Source: Ostreococcus lucimarinus (taxonomy: Eukaryota). From it: DNA of 64,000 bases. Location: assembly GCA_000092065.1 (NCBI GenBank), contig CP000584.1. The stretch is one strand, 5' to 3'. The notes under the pieces are model-generated. The model did no database searches. It had not been told where the DNA came from and saw nothing but the letters and a program-made list of their open reading frames with translations. Each line of letters starts with the position of its first letter. Position 1 is the first letter of the stretch. The position numbers were made by a program, and so were the translations under genes. This document shows positions 1-10,900 of the stretch, one piece after another.

Positions 1-250
1 CGCGAAATCACATAGTGCGATCGCGCCCTTGCGTACGGTGAATCGCGCGAGTTTGCCCTTTTCGCGCGCGCGCGCCCGCCCCTATCCACCCCGATCGCCC
101 GCGCGCGCGCTCGGCGCGCGTCCGCGCCTCCCCACGCGGCACTCTTCGACGCACGCACGCGCCGAACGTCTAAACAAAAACTCGCACGCGTTCTTCTCGA
201 AGAACCGTCCTCGACCTCAGTCGCGCACGCACAAAACCTCTCCAAACACG

Positions 251-1533
251 ATGGCTTCCGCGCTCGGATTCGCGACCGCGGTGCGCGCGCGCCCCGTCGC
301 CGCGCAAAAGCGCGCGACGGCGCCGAAGGCGCGCAGCGCGCGCGTCGTCACGCAGGCGAAACGCGATGGTCCGGTTATCATCGGTTTGGCCGCGGACTCC
401 GGATGCGGCAAGTCGACGTTCATGCGACGCATGACGTCGCTGTTCGGCGGCAAGGCGACGCCGCCCGAGGGTGGGAACCCGGACTCGAACACGCTGATTT
501 CGGACACGACGACGGTGCTTTGCTTGGATGATTACCACTTGAACGACAGGCAAGGACGCAAGGATAGCGGTTTGACGGCGTTGAACCTCAAGGAGCAAAA
601 CTTTGGTGCGTTGCGATGGGAGTGATGCGAGGCGAAACGCGAGACGATCGCGTGTTATCCACAACGCGCGAGACGCGATCGGGACGCGATCGAGACGAAT
701 GACTGACGATGAACGCGCGTGAACGTTTACGCGATGACGCAGACTTGATGTACGAACAAGTTAAGGCGCTCAAGGAAGGCAAGTCCGTGGATAAGCCGAT
801 CTACAACCACGTCACCGGTGTCTTCGACCCGGCGGAGAAGATCGAGTCCCCGGAGGTTCTCATCCTCGAAGGTCTTCACCCGTTCGCGGACACCCGCGTG
901 CGCGACATGTTCGACTTCAAGATCTACTTGGACATCTCCGACGAAGTGAAGTTCGCGTGGAAGATCCAACGCGACATGGCGGAGCGTGGTCACTCCCTTG
1001 AGTCCATCAAGGCGTCCATCGAAGCGCGCAAGCCGGATTTCGACGCCTTCGTCGACCCGCAAAAGGAGTTCTCCGATGTCATCATCCAAGTGCTCCCGAC
1101 CCAGCTCATCCCGGATGACAACGAGGGTAAGATCTTGCGCGTGCGCATGATCATGAAGGAAGGCCTCGAAAACTTCGACGCTCCGTTCTTGTTCGACGAA
1201 GGTTCCACCATCTCTTGGATCCCGTGCGGCCGTAAGTTGACGTGCTCCTACCCGGGCATCAAGTTCTTCTACGGTCCGGACACCTTCTACGGCAAGGAAG
1301 TCACCGTGCTCGAAATGGACGGTCAATTCGACAAGCTCGAAGAGCTCATCTACGTCGAATCCCACTTGTCGAACACCTCCACGAAGTTCTACGGCGAGAT
1401 CACGCAACAAATGCTCAAGTACCAAAACGGCCCGGGCTCCAACAACGGTACCGGTTTCTTCCAGACCATCGTTGGCCTCAAGGTGCGTGAAGTGTACGAG
1501 CGCATCGCGGAGAAGGAGGTTGTCGTTAAGTAA
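251..1533 (+). CDS. PRK: Phosphoribulokinase, chloroplast precursor. Two exons: 251..605 and 743..1533.
   Basis: Exon 1 encodes a transit-peptide-like leader (MASALGFATAVRARPVAAQKRATAPKARSARVV) followed by the PRK P-loop VIIGLAADSGCGKSTF and LCLDDYHLNDRQGRK. Exon 2 continues with DLMYEQVKALKEGKSVDKPIYNHVTGVFDP... and ends IAEKEVVVK. The splice at G|GTGCGT...CAG|AC restores the conserved NFDLMYEQ junction in frame. Alignment is to known PRK sequences from memory. Confidence 0.9.
606..742 (+). other. Spliceosomal intron of PRK (137 bp). Donor GTGCGT, branch CTGAC 36 nt upstream of acceptor CAG.
   Basis: The exon 1 frame (29..625) and the exon 2 frame (709..1533) both carry PRK homology but in different frames. 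Only this GT..AG pair joins them into the conserved motif. Confidence 0.85.
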
Positions 1534-1711
1534 GCTTAGATTCAACTCCCGATTTAGGACGCCGACGCGTCGCTCGTTCTAGCACGAGCGACGAAGAAGC
1601 CTGCAATATTAACGCGAAGGAATTCTTCATCAAATCATTTTCGGCGCATCGCGTCTCCGCGCGCGTCGACTATTAGAAACTACAATCTACATCACCTCTC
1701 TCTCGCGCGCC

Positions 1712-2074
1712 TCACGCCCCGCCCTCGCCTCCTAAAAGATGCGACACGCGCGCCAGAACGGAATCCGCCTCGGGCCTGTACGGGTTCTCCTTGTCTGGAA
1801 TCTCCAACACGCTCGGGATCGCCCTCGCGTGCGCCTCGACGAGAAACCGTATCCTATCCGCCACGACCTGCGTGATGAGCACCACCGCGATGTCGTCCCT
1901 CTGCGTCGTGAACGCCTTGAACGCGTCCGCGATCTCGCTCTCCGTCGTGCGCTCGCCGACGATGAGGTAATTCGCGCGCTGTCTCTCGTCGATGTGTCCC
2001 ACGCCCGCGAGCAGAAAGCCGGTGACGGTGTCCTCGTCGCCGATGACGGCCATGAGCGAGCCCTCCTCGTTCAT
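1712..2074 (-). CDS. VHA-F: V-type proton ATPase subunit F (120 aa).
   Basis: MNEEGSLMAVIGDEDTVTGFLLAGVGHID...IAVVLITQVVADRIRFLVEAHARAIPSVLEIPDKENPYRPEADSVLARV matches the V-ATPase F family signature (IADEDTVxGFLLAGVG...ILEIPSK.HPYD). The first Met may be 2074 or 2053. Confidence 0.85.
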   Translation of the reverse strand: MNEEGSLMAVIGDEDTVTGFLLAGVGHIDERQRANYLIVGERTTESEIADAFKAFTTQRDDIAVVLITQVVADRIRFLVEAHARAIPSVLEIPDKENPYRPEADSVLARVSHLLGGEGGA

Positions 2075-2173
2075 CGCGCGCGCGCGAGTCGCGCGAGCCG
2101 AACGCGCCGAACGAACCGAATCGAATCGACGCCGCGCGCGCGAGTGGCGACACTTCGCGCCGCGACGCGTGTC

Positions 2174-3040
2174 ATGGCGTCCCGGCGCGACGGCGCGCGC
2201 GGCGACGACGCGTGCGCGACGTGCGGGAGGGGTCCGAGCAAGTACACGTGCCCGGGATGCGCGCGACGGTCGTGCGGATTGGAGTGCGTGCGAAGGCACA
2301 AAACGACGCACGCGTGCGATGGGAAGCGGAATCGCGCGGCGTTCGTGGACATTCGCGAGTTCGGAGACGCGGACGTCGTGCGGGATTATCGATTCTTGGA
2401 GGAGGTGGGGGCGGAGGGCGAGCGGGCGAAGCGGTGGCGGCCGACGTTCGGGGACGAGGACGTCGGCGGCGACGCGAATCGAAAAGGCGGACGCGGCGGC
2501 GGAGGACGCGGGAGAGGTAGGGGAAACGGCGCGATGAGTCAGGCGCAGCGAGCGATGGATGCGTTGAAAGCGAAATGCGCCGAGCGCGGGGTCGAGGTGC
2601 GATTCATGGCGAACGGCATGGCGCGGCGACGGTCGAACACGACGACGCATCATCGCAAGAGAGACGAGTTGTCGTGGAGGTTAGAGTGGGTGTTTCACAT
2701 CAATAGCGAGCGCATCGTGCGCATCGATGAAAAAGTAGAGGAAAGCAGCGCGCTGCGCGACGCGTACGCGGCGCACGTCAAGGAGATGACGTTGGCGGTG
2801 GAGAATAAAGCGTCGATGGCGCCGTTCAAGCTCGCCGAGCGCGACGGCGACGTCCGATTCGACGTCGTGATGGAGAAGTTCGACACCCCCGCCAACGCCA
2901 AGGTTTGGATCCCGATCGATTTACGCGATACCATCGCGAGCGCGTTGAGAGGCAAGACCGTCTTGGAGTTTCCAACGTTTCACGTCGTTCCCAGAACGTC
3001 CGCCGAGAAGGACGGCGAAGTCGTTGCATCAAAACAGTAA
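2174..3040 (+). CDS. Box C/D snoRNP assembly factor BCD1-like protein with an N-terminal zf-HIT zinc finger.
   Basis: CATCGRGPSKYTCPGCARRSCGLECVRRHKTTHAC is a HIT-type zinc finger followed by a conserved C-terminal domain. It is divergent from the V-ATPase F gene, with start codons only ~100 bp apart. Confidence 0.65.
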   Translation: MASRRDGARGDDACATCGRGPSKYTCPGCARRSCGLECVRRHKTTHACDGKRNRAAFVDIREFGDADVVRDYRFLEEVGAEGERAKRWRPTFGDEDVGGDANRKGGRGGGGRGRGRGNGAMSQAQRAMDALKAKCAERGVEVRFMANGMARRRSNTTTHHRKRDELSWRLEWVFHINSERIVRIDEKVEESSALRDAYAAHVKEMTLAVENKASMAPFKLAERDGDVRFDVVMEKFDTPANAKVWIPIDLRDTIASALRGKTVLEFPTFHVVPRTSAEKDGEVVASKQ

Positions 3041-3577
3041 AAACCTAGCGGTTCGCGTCGTTCGCGTCGTCCTCTCCCGTCGCGCGCCCTCGCGCGTCCT
3101 CCGTCCCTCCCTCTCCGCCCTCGTCGTCCTCGTCGCCGTCCTCCGCCGCGCCCGCGGGCGCCACGCACGGCCGCATCGCGGGGTCAATCGCCATCCGTCG
3201 CACGTCGCGCGCGCGCGCCACCCGCGCGCGATCCCACGCGAACGCGCGCGCGTGCGCGCCCGCGCGCGCGCGCGCCGCGTCGCCGCGTCTTTCGTCGTCG
3301 TCCGCGCCGTCGGTATTCGCCATCGGTAGGTATCCCACGCGCGTCGACGAATGAATCAATCAATCCATGCGCGCCAACCGACGCGGCCGGGGAGGATACG
3401 AGCCGTCGCGCCGGCGCGACGTCGCCTCGCATCGAGGCCACGGCGAGCGCCATGGCACTCATTCTCGTCGAGTTTTCTACATATTTAACATGATTTAGAA
3501 CCATGTGTACAGAAATCGCGAATGCGTTTTGTCCAGCCCGCGCGTCGCGCGCGAAACGCGCCGCCGACGGCGGCGAA

Positions 3578-3640
3578 CCGACGGACGACGGACGACGGAC
3601 GACGGACGACGGACGACGGACGACGGACGACGGACGCGAC
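3578..3640 (+). repeat. Heptanucleotide microsatellite (ACGGACG)x8 in the leader of the DEAD-box helicase gene.
   Basis: Perfect tandem copies at 3581..3636. In the upstream reading frame they translate as TDDGRR repeats. Confidence 0.9.
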
Positions 3641-3692
3641 GCGACGCACACTCCGACGCGACGTCGTCCGTCGACGCCAACCGACCGGCGGC

Positions 3693-5940
3693 ATGGGGAA
3701 GACCAAGGACGCCAAGGAGGACAAGAAGCGCGAGAAGCGCGAGAAGCGGGACAAGAAGGCGCTCGAGGCGGCGGCGACGACGACGACGAAGAAGAAGCGG
3801 AAGACGGTGCGAGCGGCGACGAGAGGCGACGACGACGAGAGACGCGGACGAAGGGAACGCGGACGAACGCGCGCGCGCGATCGCGTCGATGGGGGCGCGA
3901 AAGCGACGGGAGAGGGAGGGAAGACTGACGACGGACGCCGACGACGGGTCGCGCGCGCAGGAGGATTCGGATTCGCGGGAGACGACGGAGAAGAAGAAGA
4001 AGAGGAAGAAGTCGACGAGCGAGGCGAGGGAGGACGTCGAGGGTGAAGATGCGATCGAGGTGGGGACGCCCGAGCCCGAAGAGCCGAACCCGTTGGCGCT
4101 GGATAATTTCGCGCTGAGCGAGCCGGTGAAGGCGACGCTGCGGAAGAAGGGATTCGACGCGCTCTTCGCCATTCAAGCCGAGACGCTGGAGATCGCGCTG
4201 AGTGGTAAGGACGTGGTCGGACGCGCGCGCACGGGGTGTGGGAAGACGTTGGCGTTCGTTTTGCCGATCGTCGAGGAGATGGCGAAGATTTCGCCCATGC
4301 CGGCGAACGGGCGCCGCGTACAAGGTCGTCGGCCGATGTGCGTGGTGCTGGCGCCGACGCGCGAACTCGCGAAACAGGTGTTCGCCGACTTTGACTGGAT
4401 AGGAAACTCGTTCGGGTTTAAGTCCGTCTGTGTGTACGGTGGGACGCCGTATCGCGAGCAAGAGATGGGTTTGCGCGGCGGGTGCGACGTCGTCATCGGT
4501 ACTCCCGGACGCATGAAGGATCATTTGGAGCGCAAGACGTTGATGATGGACAAGCTCAAATTCAGGGTGCTCGATGAAGCCGACGAGATGTTGAACATGG
4601 GATTCGTGGACGACGTCGAGTTGATCTTGAAGAGCTCCGGAGACGTTCAGACACTGCTTTTCTCGGCCACCTTGCCCCCGTGGGTGAAGGACATCGCGAA
4701 ACGTTTCTTGAAGCCAGACTACGCCACGGTTGATCTGGTCGGCGACCAAAAGCAAAAGGCGAGCGGGGCCGTCCAGCACATGCTATTACCTTGTCAATGG
4801 AGCGATCGTGTCGACCTCGTCTGCGACGTCATTCGTTCCAAGGCCCCGGGCGGCGGACGCGTCATCGTGTTCTGCGATACCAAGCGCGACTGCGGCGAGC
4901 TCTGCGACAACTTGCAAAAGGAAATCCCGAAGGGTGCGAAGGCGCTTCACGGCGACGTCAGCCAAGGTCAGCGCGAAGTCGTCTTGGCTGGTTTTCGAGA
5001 AGATAAGTTCCAAGTCTTGGTCGCCACCGACGTGGCGGCGCGAGGTTTAGACATCACCGGCGTCGAGCTCGTGATTCAGTGCGAACCGCCGAAGGACGCC
5101 GAGACGTACATTCACCGCTCGGGTCGCACGGGACGCGCTGGGGCCACTGGCATTAGTGTCACGCTGTGCACGCCGCGTTCCGAATGGGCCGTACCGAACA
5201 TCGAACGAAAAGGCGGATTCAAGTTTGTTCGCATCGGACCGCCGCAACCGGCGGAGATGGCAAAGGCGGCGGGAAAAATTGCGGGAGAGCAAATCCGCAA
5301 GGTGCACAAGGGCGCCGCAAAGCTCTTCATGGACGTCGCCCGAGACTTACTCGAGGGCGAAGATAGCGATAGTGAGGAAGGTCGCGATCCGGTTGAGGTG
5401 CTCGCCATGGCGATCGCCAAGCTCGCCGGCCACGGCGAGCTGAGACAACGGTCGTTGTTGACTTCTCACTCGGGCCAGACGACGCTGTTGTTCACCGCGG
5501 GCGAGACGCAAATCAGAACGCCGACGTACGTGTGGAACTTCTTGCGTCAACGCATGGACGAAAACGATTTGCAGCTTCGTCGCTTAACATTGAGCGTGGA
5601 CAATATGGCTGCGGTCTTCGACGTGCCCTCTGAGCTCGCCGATAAGTTTTGCGCCTTGTCCGAACCCGCATCGAGCGGCAAGTCTGCCGTGTCCATCACC
5701 GCGTGTGAAGAATTACCAGAGCTGAGTCAGCGGCCGCAATCCGGCGGTGGTGGCGGAGGCTATGGCGGCGGTGGACGTGGCGGCGGTGGCGGTGGCGGCG
5801 GTCGTTTTGGTGGACGTGGCGGCAACTATGGCGGCGGCGGTCGCTCTCCGGGAGGAGGAAGGTTTGGCGGGCGAGGACGAGGGTCGCCGGGAGGTCGTTT
5901 CGGCGGTAGAGGCGGCGGAAGAGGTCGAGGACGCTATTAG
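3693..5940 (+). CDS. Nucleolar DEAD-box ATP-dependent RNA helicase (DDX21/Gu, plant RH7-like) with a GUCT domain and a C-terminal RGG/GAR tail. Predicted exons 3693..3806 and 3961..5940.
   Basis: The helicase core shows AIQAETLEIALSGKDVVGRARTGCGKTLAF, VLAPTRELAKQV, DEAD, SAT and HRSGRTGRAG motifs, then a GUCT-like region and GGGGGGYGGGGRGGGGGGGGRFGGRGG... ending RGRGRY. The lysine-rich N-terminus MGKTKDAKEDKKREKREKRDKK is in another frame and is joined by a predicted 154-nt intron. A conservative alternative start is the in-frame Met at 3889. Confidence 0.85.
3807..3960 (+). other. Predicted intron in the helicase 5' coding region: donor ACG|GTGCGA, branch CTGAC 33 nt before CAG|GAG.
   Basis: It uses the same donor, branch and acceptor pattern as the four supported introns. 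It joins ...TTKKKRKT to EDSDSRETTEKKKKRKK in frame. There is no transcript evidence. Confidence 0.5.
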
Positions 5941-5985
5941 ACGTGTTAGACGTGTTGTAATCCATTCGTTAATATCACACTTATT

Positions 5986-7801
5986 CTACTTCTTCGGCTT
6001 GGACGAGTAGAACTCATCCAGCTTCGTATCGTACGATTCCATGACGAGCTCGGATCGTACCTTGCGAGCGGAATCCGTGGCGACGCCTACGAGAATCAAC
6101 AAGGAAGTGCCCGCAAAACCGCGGAAAGTTTGCAAGCCGGTAATTTGCTCTACCGCACCCGGAGTCAAGGCGAGCGCTCCCAAGAATACGCTTCCTAAAA
6201 CCGACAAACGCTCCAAGACCCGAGTGATGTAATCGCGTGTCGCGGCGCCGGGACGAACGCCCGGGATGGAGGCGCCCTGGCGCTTGAGCTGATCTGCGAC
6301 ATCCTTCGGCTCGAGTTGGAGGAAGGTGTAAAAGTAATTGAAGAAGCAAATCATAGCGACGTTCACCGGGACGTAGCCGGCACCACCACCAGGGCTAAGG
6401 AACCGCGCCACGCCGAGCACGGCGCCGTTGTCCGTGAAGCGCGTGAGCGTCGCGGGCAACGCGAGCAAAGAAGAAGCAAAAATAATCGGCATCACCCCGG
6501 CGCTGTTCACTTTGAACGGCAGGTATGATGACTTAGCCAAACCACCAGCGTTGAATCGCGTGCTATAGTTCATCGGAATCTTACGTTCAGCCTCTTGAAC
6601 GTACACGATTCCCAACGTCGTGAGCGCGAAAGCGCCGAAAAACACCGCGAGCACAGACGAGTCACCTTTTTCTTGAGCCATTGACACCGTTTGACCCACG
6701 GAAGACGGCAAAGCACTGACGATGTTGGCAAAAATCAATAAAGACGTCCCGTTACCGAGTTTGATTTCGTTCAAAAGCTCGCCGATGTACATGAGAATCA
6801 TGGCGCCGGCGGTCAGCGCGCAGCTTTGTTCAAACAACCAAATCGGCGTGAAATCCTCGACGAAGGGGCGCACGTACAAGCACTGACCCACGGCTTGGAC
6901 GATGGCAAATCCAAGCGCGCCGTACCTACAAAATAAGAAACACAGTCTCTGTCAGTCTCCATTCATGGTCGAATAAAAAACGCGTGCTCGTGTCGCGTAG
7001 CTCAGTTTCCGTTATTCTTTTCAGGCCATCGACGCGTCGTAACGCGCCGAAGCTCAATCGAACGAGACCTAAAAGGTCACATCACCGCTTACGCGCATCG
7101 CATCGCATTTACTCGACCGACAACTACTCGACGCACCTTTGATACTGTTGAAATTTGCGCCGTCCCGCCTCGCCCTCTTCCTTTTGCAACTTTTTCAACT
7201 CTGGAAACACGCTCCCCAGCAACTGAAAGATGATGCTCGAGTTAATGTACGGCACGATCCCGAGCGAAAAAATCCCAAGCTTAGAGATGCTCCCTCCCGT
7301 GAGCGTATCGGCGTACGCCATCATCCCCCCTCCTCCCGCGAGCGACTCCGCGAACGCCGCCCTATCGACGCCGCTGATCGGAATGTACGTCCCCACTCGC
7401 GACAGCACCAACAGCGCGAAAATCGTCGCAATCTTCCCCGGCAACTTCCCACCAAAAAAATCTCCCATCTTCGCGTCGCCGCTCGGTCCTCCGCTTCGTC
7501 CGCTCGACATCGCGCGCGTCGCGCTCGGCTTGGTCCAGCCGAACGCCGGCGCGAAGACCCCGTCGTCGCCTCGCTCGACGTCCAGCAGCCCCAGCGGGTC
7601 GAACGTCCCGCTCGCCGGCGGTTGTTTCGCGTACGCGCGCTGTCGCACGTCGCGCGCGGCGTCGCGCGGTTTCGACAGCGTCGCAGCGCCGCATCGCGGT
7701 CGCGCGTGCGCGGTCGCCGCGCGGGACGACGTCGCGGTCGCGCGTCGCGCGTCGACCGCGGGCGCGCGCGGGGCGAGCGCGAGGGGTGCGCGCGCGAGCA
7801 T
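5986..7801 (-). CDS. Chloroplast preprotein translocase SecY (cpSecY), nuclear-encoded precursor. Exons 7137..7801 and 5986..6925.
   Basis: Exon 1 has an Ala/Arg-rich transit peptide followed by LPGKIATIFALLVLSRVGTYIPISGVDRAAF...GIVPYINSSIIFQLL...EGEAGRRKFQQYQR. Exon 2 continues YGALGFAIVQAVGQCLYVRPF...GGLAKSSYLPFKVNSAGVMPIIFASSLL... The AG|GTGCGT donor and TTTTGTAG acceptor reconstruct the conserved QQYxRY junction. Confidence 0.9.
6926..7136 (-). other. cpSecY intron (211 bp), AT-richer than the flanks. Donor GTGCGT, branch GACTGAC 25 nt from acceptor.
   Basis: This is the only join that merges the two SecY-homologous ORFs (7124..7801 and 5986..6891) in frame. Confidence 0.85.
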
Positions 7802-7983
7802 CGTCGTCGTCGTCGTTCGATGCGCCGTCGTCGAGCGGCGGCGCGCGAGGCGTGGAGTGGCGACCCGCGCGGGCGCGCGCGCGAGGGATAACCTGTGCAG
7901 ATTCGAGCGCGCGCGCGAGGCGCGAGAACGAAGGAATGAATGCGTGCAATCACACGAGCGGGAGTGGCGACTGACGGAGAGGG

Positions 7984-10900
7984 CTAAGGGAAATCATCGG
8001 CGTCGCACGATGCGTCGGCGTCGCGCGAAGGTGGACGGAACGAGGCGACCGCGCCGGAGAGGGCGTGATCGACGGCTTTGGTGAAACCTTTGGCGCCGGT
8101 GACGGCGGCGTAGGGAACCTTGCGAACGGCGCCGAGGAGCGCGGCAGACGACGTGACATCGCCGGTGGCGTAATCTCGGATGGGCTCGACGACGAGTGCG
8201 TCGGTGGCGCGACGTGCGCCGCGCCACGCGGTTTTACTGGCGAGGGAGAGCCCGTGAAAGACGTTCGTCGGCGAAGAGACATCTTCGATTTCGCGTTCGG
8301 CGTCCACTATCATTCCTTCGGCGGCGGCGAGAAGGGCAGCGGATTGACCCGCGGCGAAAGCGCCGAGTTCGATCGATGATAGTGACACCTCTTTAACGAA
8401 AGAAGCGACGCCGAGAGCGAACCCAGCGACAACACCGCCGCGTCTGTTGTTTCGATGAAACTCCAGAGGTTTGGACACCAGACCGGCGGCTCGACGGCCG
8501 ATGTTGGTCGCCGATTTGATTGGCTTCACACTTTGCACAAACTTGTGTGCTTGTGTGCGCGTAATGTCATCAAGCCATGCATTTACGGCAGTTTGCACAA
8601 CCGGGACTACACCAGCGATTCCGGTAAGCCGAAGCGGCTGGATGTCGAGAAGGACCCCGTCCCAAGGCACGAGATTCAGCGCCTCGAGCAAGTTTCCAGA
8701 CCGCAGCGAGTCAATGTCAACTTGACGACCGCAATAGTCCAAACGAAGCGAAAGCCGATCGATCTCAATCTTTTGAAAGTATATCGACTCTTCACGTGGC
8801 GGTGATGCGACATGAGAAGAGTCATCAGAGTCGTCGGCAAAGACATCGAGCGCGAGCTTCAAGACGCGTTGATCGAGCTTGACGTGAATCGGTATCGACG
8901 AGGCCTTGAACAGATACTCAACTTCGGAAGGTGTTTTCGCATCCGGACGAACAGCCATTATGTCCAACGAACACATATCGCTTCGATCGCCTCGTTCGCC
9001 CGAGAGAACGTCGTATTTCAATACGTTTGGCCACGTTGCGCCCGCGGTGACGTCTGTACAAACAGCGTCGCGCACCGCGCACGCGATGCGATGCGCGGTT
9101 TCGCCTTCGCGCTGTGGGAACGAGTCAACGCGCACGGTGTTCGTTTTCAGTGAAAGTTTGATTCCTGCAGATACACCGAGCGGATCGACCTCCACAGAAT
9201 CCGCGTGCCTCGGCAAACTTGTCGGCGATTCGGACCAGAATAGCCCCGGCAAGATGTGTACATCGAACGTTTCGCCATTCACATGAACCGTGCTTTGCGG
9301 CACGACGACATCCTTTGGAAGCGGAAGGTATCGAGTGTGCGCATGGTCGCCGACACGCGGTAAAGACGGCGGCATCGCCGGTAGACGTGCTTCGACGAAT
9401 TCACCCGCAAATCGACTACGACTCATAATGGAGGCGTTCACGCCGCCGGCGCGCGCTCGACTTGAACTATGCTTTCTCACCGCCGTGACACTCCCTGCCG
9501 CTAACAACACCGTTTTACGCTTCCGACGGACTCGTCGATTGCTGCGATAGAAGAAGTTCTCGATTATGTTCGGTCCAACTCGGGCGTTCGTGTCACGTCG
9601 CACTAACAGACTTCTGTGATGAGCCTCACTAGTTTCCGTACTTCCGCGCTTCTGGCCTTCGAGTCGCCTAGGAAACATCTCGTCGTGATCGCGAGTCGCG
9701 GCGGCTATTTCATGCTCAGTTACGCTCGACGAGTATCGTGCGTGCGAGATATCTCTGGCCTTCTTCACAGGACTCACGAAGACGTACTCGTTCTCGTCGC
9801 CGCTCGCCGGACTCGCTGGACGATCAGCGCCTTCAACTTCCGACATGAATAGCCGCTTTAACGCGCGCAAAATGTCTCTCTGAAGCGACACGACGCAAGA
9901 TCGAGTGCTGACGGTGGCGATCGCAGTCTTCGAGCTTGAAGAGGACGTAATCAACGAAATCGCCTTTGCATTCATCACCGGCGCAAACCGCGCGGCGCAA
10001 ATAGTAGAATTCGTGAATGGAAACGCCGGTAACGTGCGAATGCCGTCAGTTGCCTTGATTTCGGGAGGCACCATAAACGCACTGATCTCGTTGCAGTACA
10101 TTTCGACGCCAAAGCTGGTCGAAACCCCCGCATCATGCGAACATTCTACCCCTTTGGAAGAAATGCGCAAAAAATCATTCTGAATGAGCGCGAACGAGTC
10201 ATTCGACTTGTATATGAGCACCAACTCGAATAAACTCAAAGAGAAACACAGTGTGGAAGAATCGCACACATTTGTATCGGCATCGACGTCTCTTGCGGGA
10301 GCAAAAGTATTCAGGCGCCGTATAAGCGGCTCGCACTGCGTTAACGAGGCCGACATTCCGACGACGTTTACGTCTGCGCATGCTGGCTCGCCCTCCATGC
10401 GAGCAAACGCGAGCGATGATTTCGAAGCGCCTTGATCTGAACTACGACACTCGACAAAGACTGTTTCGACGTTATCAGTAGTAACCCGAGCCGAATCAAA
10501 CTGCGTCCATACGAAATCTGAACCGAGAACGCCAGCGATGTTTGTCGCCGCAAAAACACGCGCACGCCTCAATTCGCACTCGACAAGTACAGAGTCATCG
10601 TCGGTGGAAGTCGAACACGTTCCATCTGTCAGTGGGGCATCAAGCTGCATGCGAAGCGCGCCGACATCGATTCCAAACGCCAAGGGGGTCATGACGGAGT
10701 CGGGCGTCGCGACTCGCAGCGCCATAGGGTGATTGTCTGGAAGCTCGTACATTGACTGAATGATAGTGGAAACCGATTCCACCACATCGATGCTCAACCT
10801 AGTTTCGATAATTGGCACATTCAATTTAACGAACAGTGACGCGTCGTTCGCAAGTTGCTCCCGAAGACATGTATCTGTCTCATTCGCTTCACGCCTGTTC

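Noticed and set aside
3184-4779. 531-aa ORF on the minus strand, Arg/Pro/Ser-rich
   Set aside because: It is antisense to the DEAD-box helicase and has low-complexity composition typical of open frames in 64% GC DNA. It has no domain signal.
7139-8084. 250- and 284-aa plus-strand ORFs and 195- to 210-aa minus-strand ORFs, all Arg-rich
   Set aside because: They overlap cpSecY exon 1, its upstream region and the ATG2 3' end. The composition is junk (poly-R, poly-A) and there are no conserved motifs.
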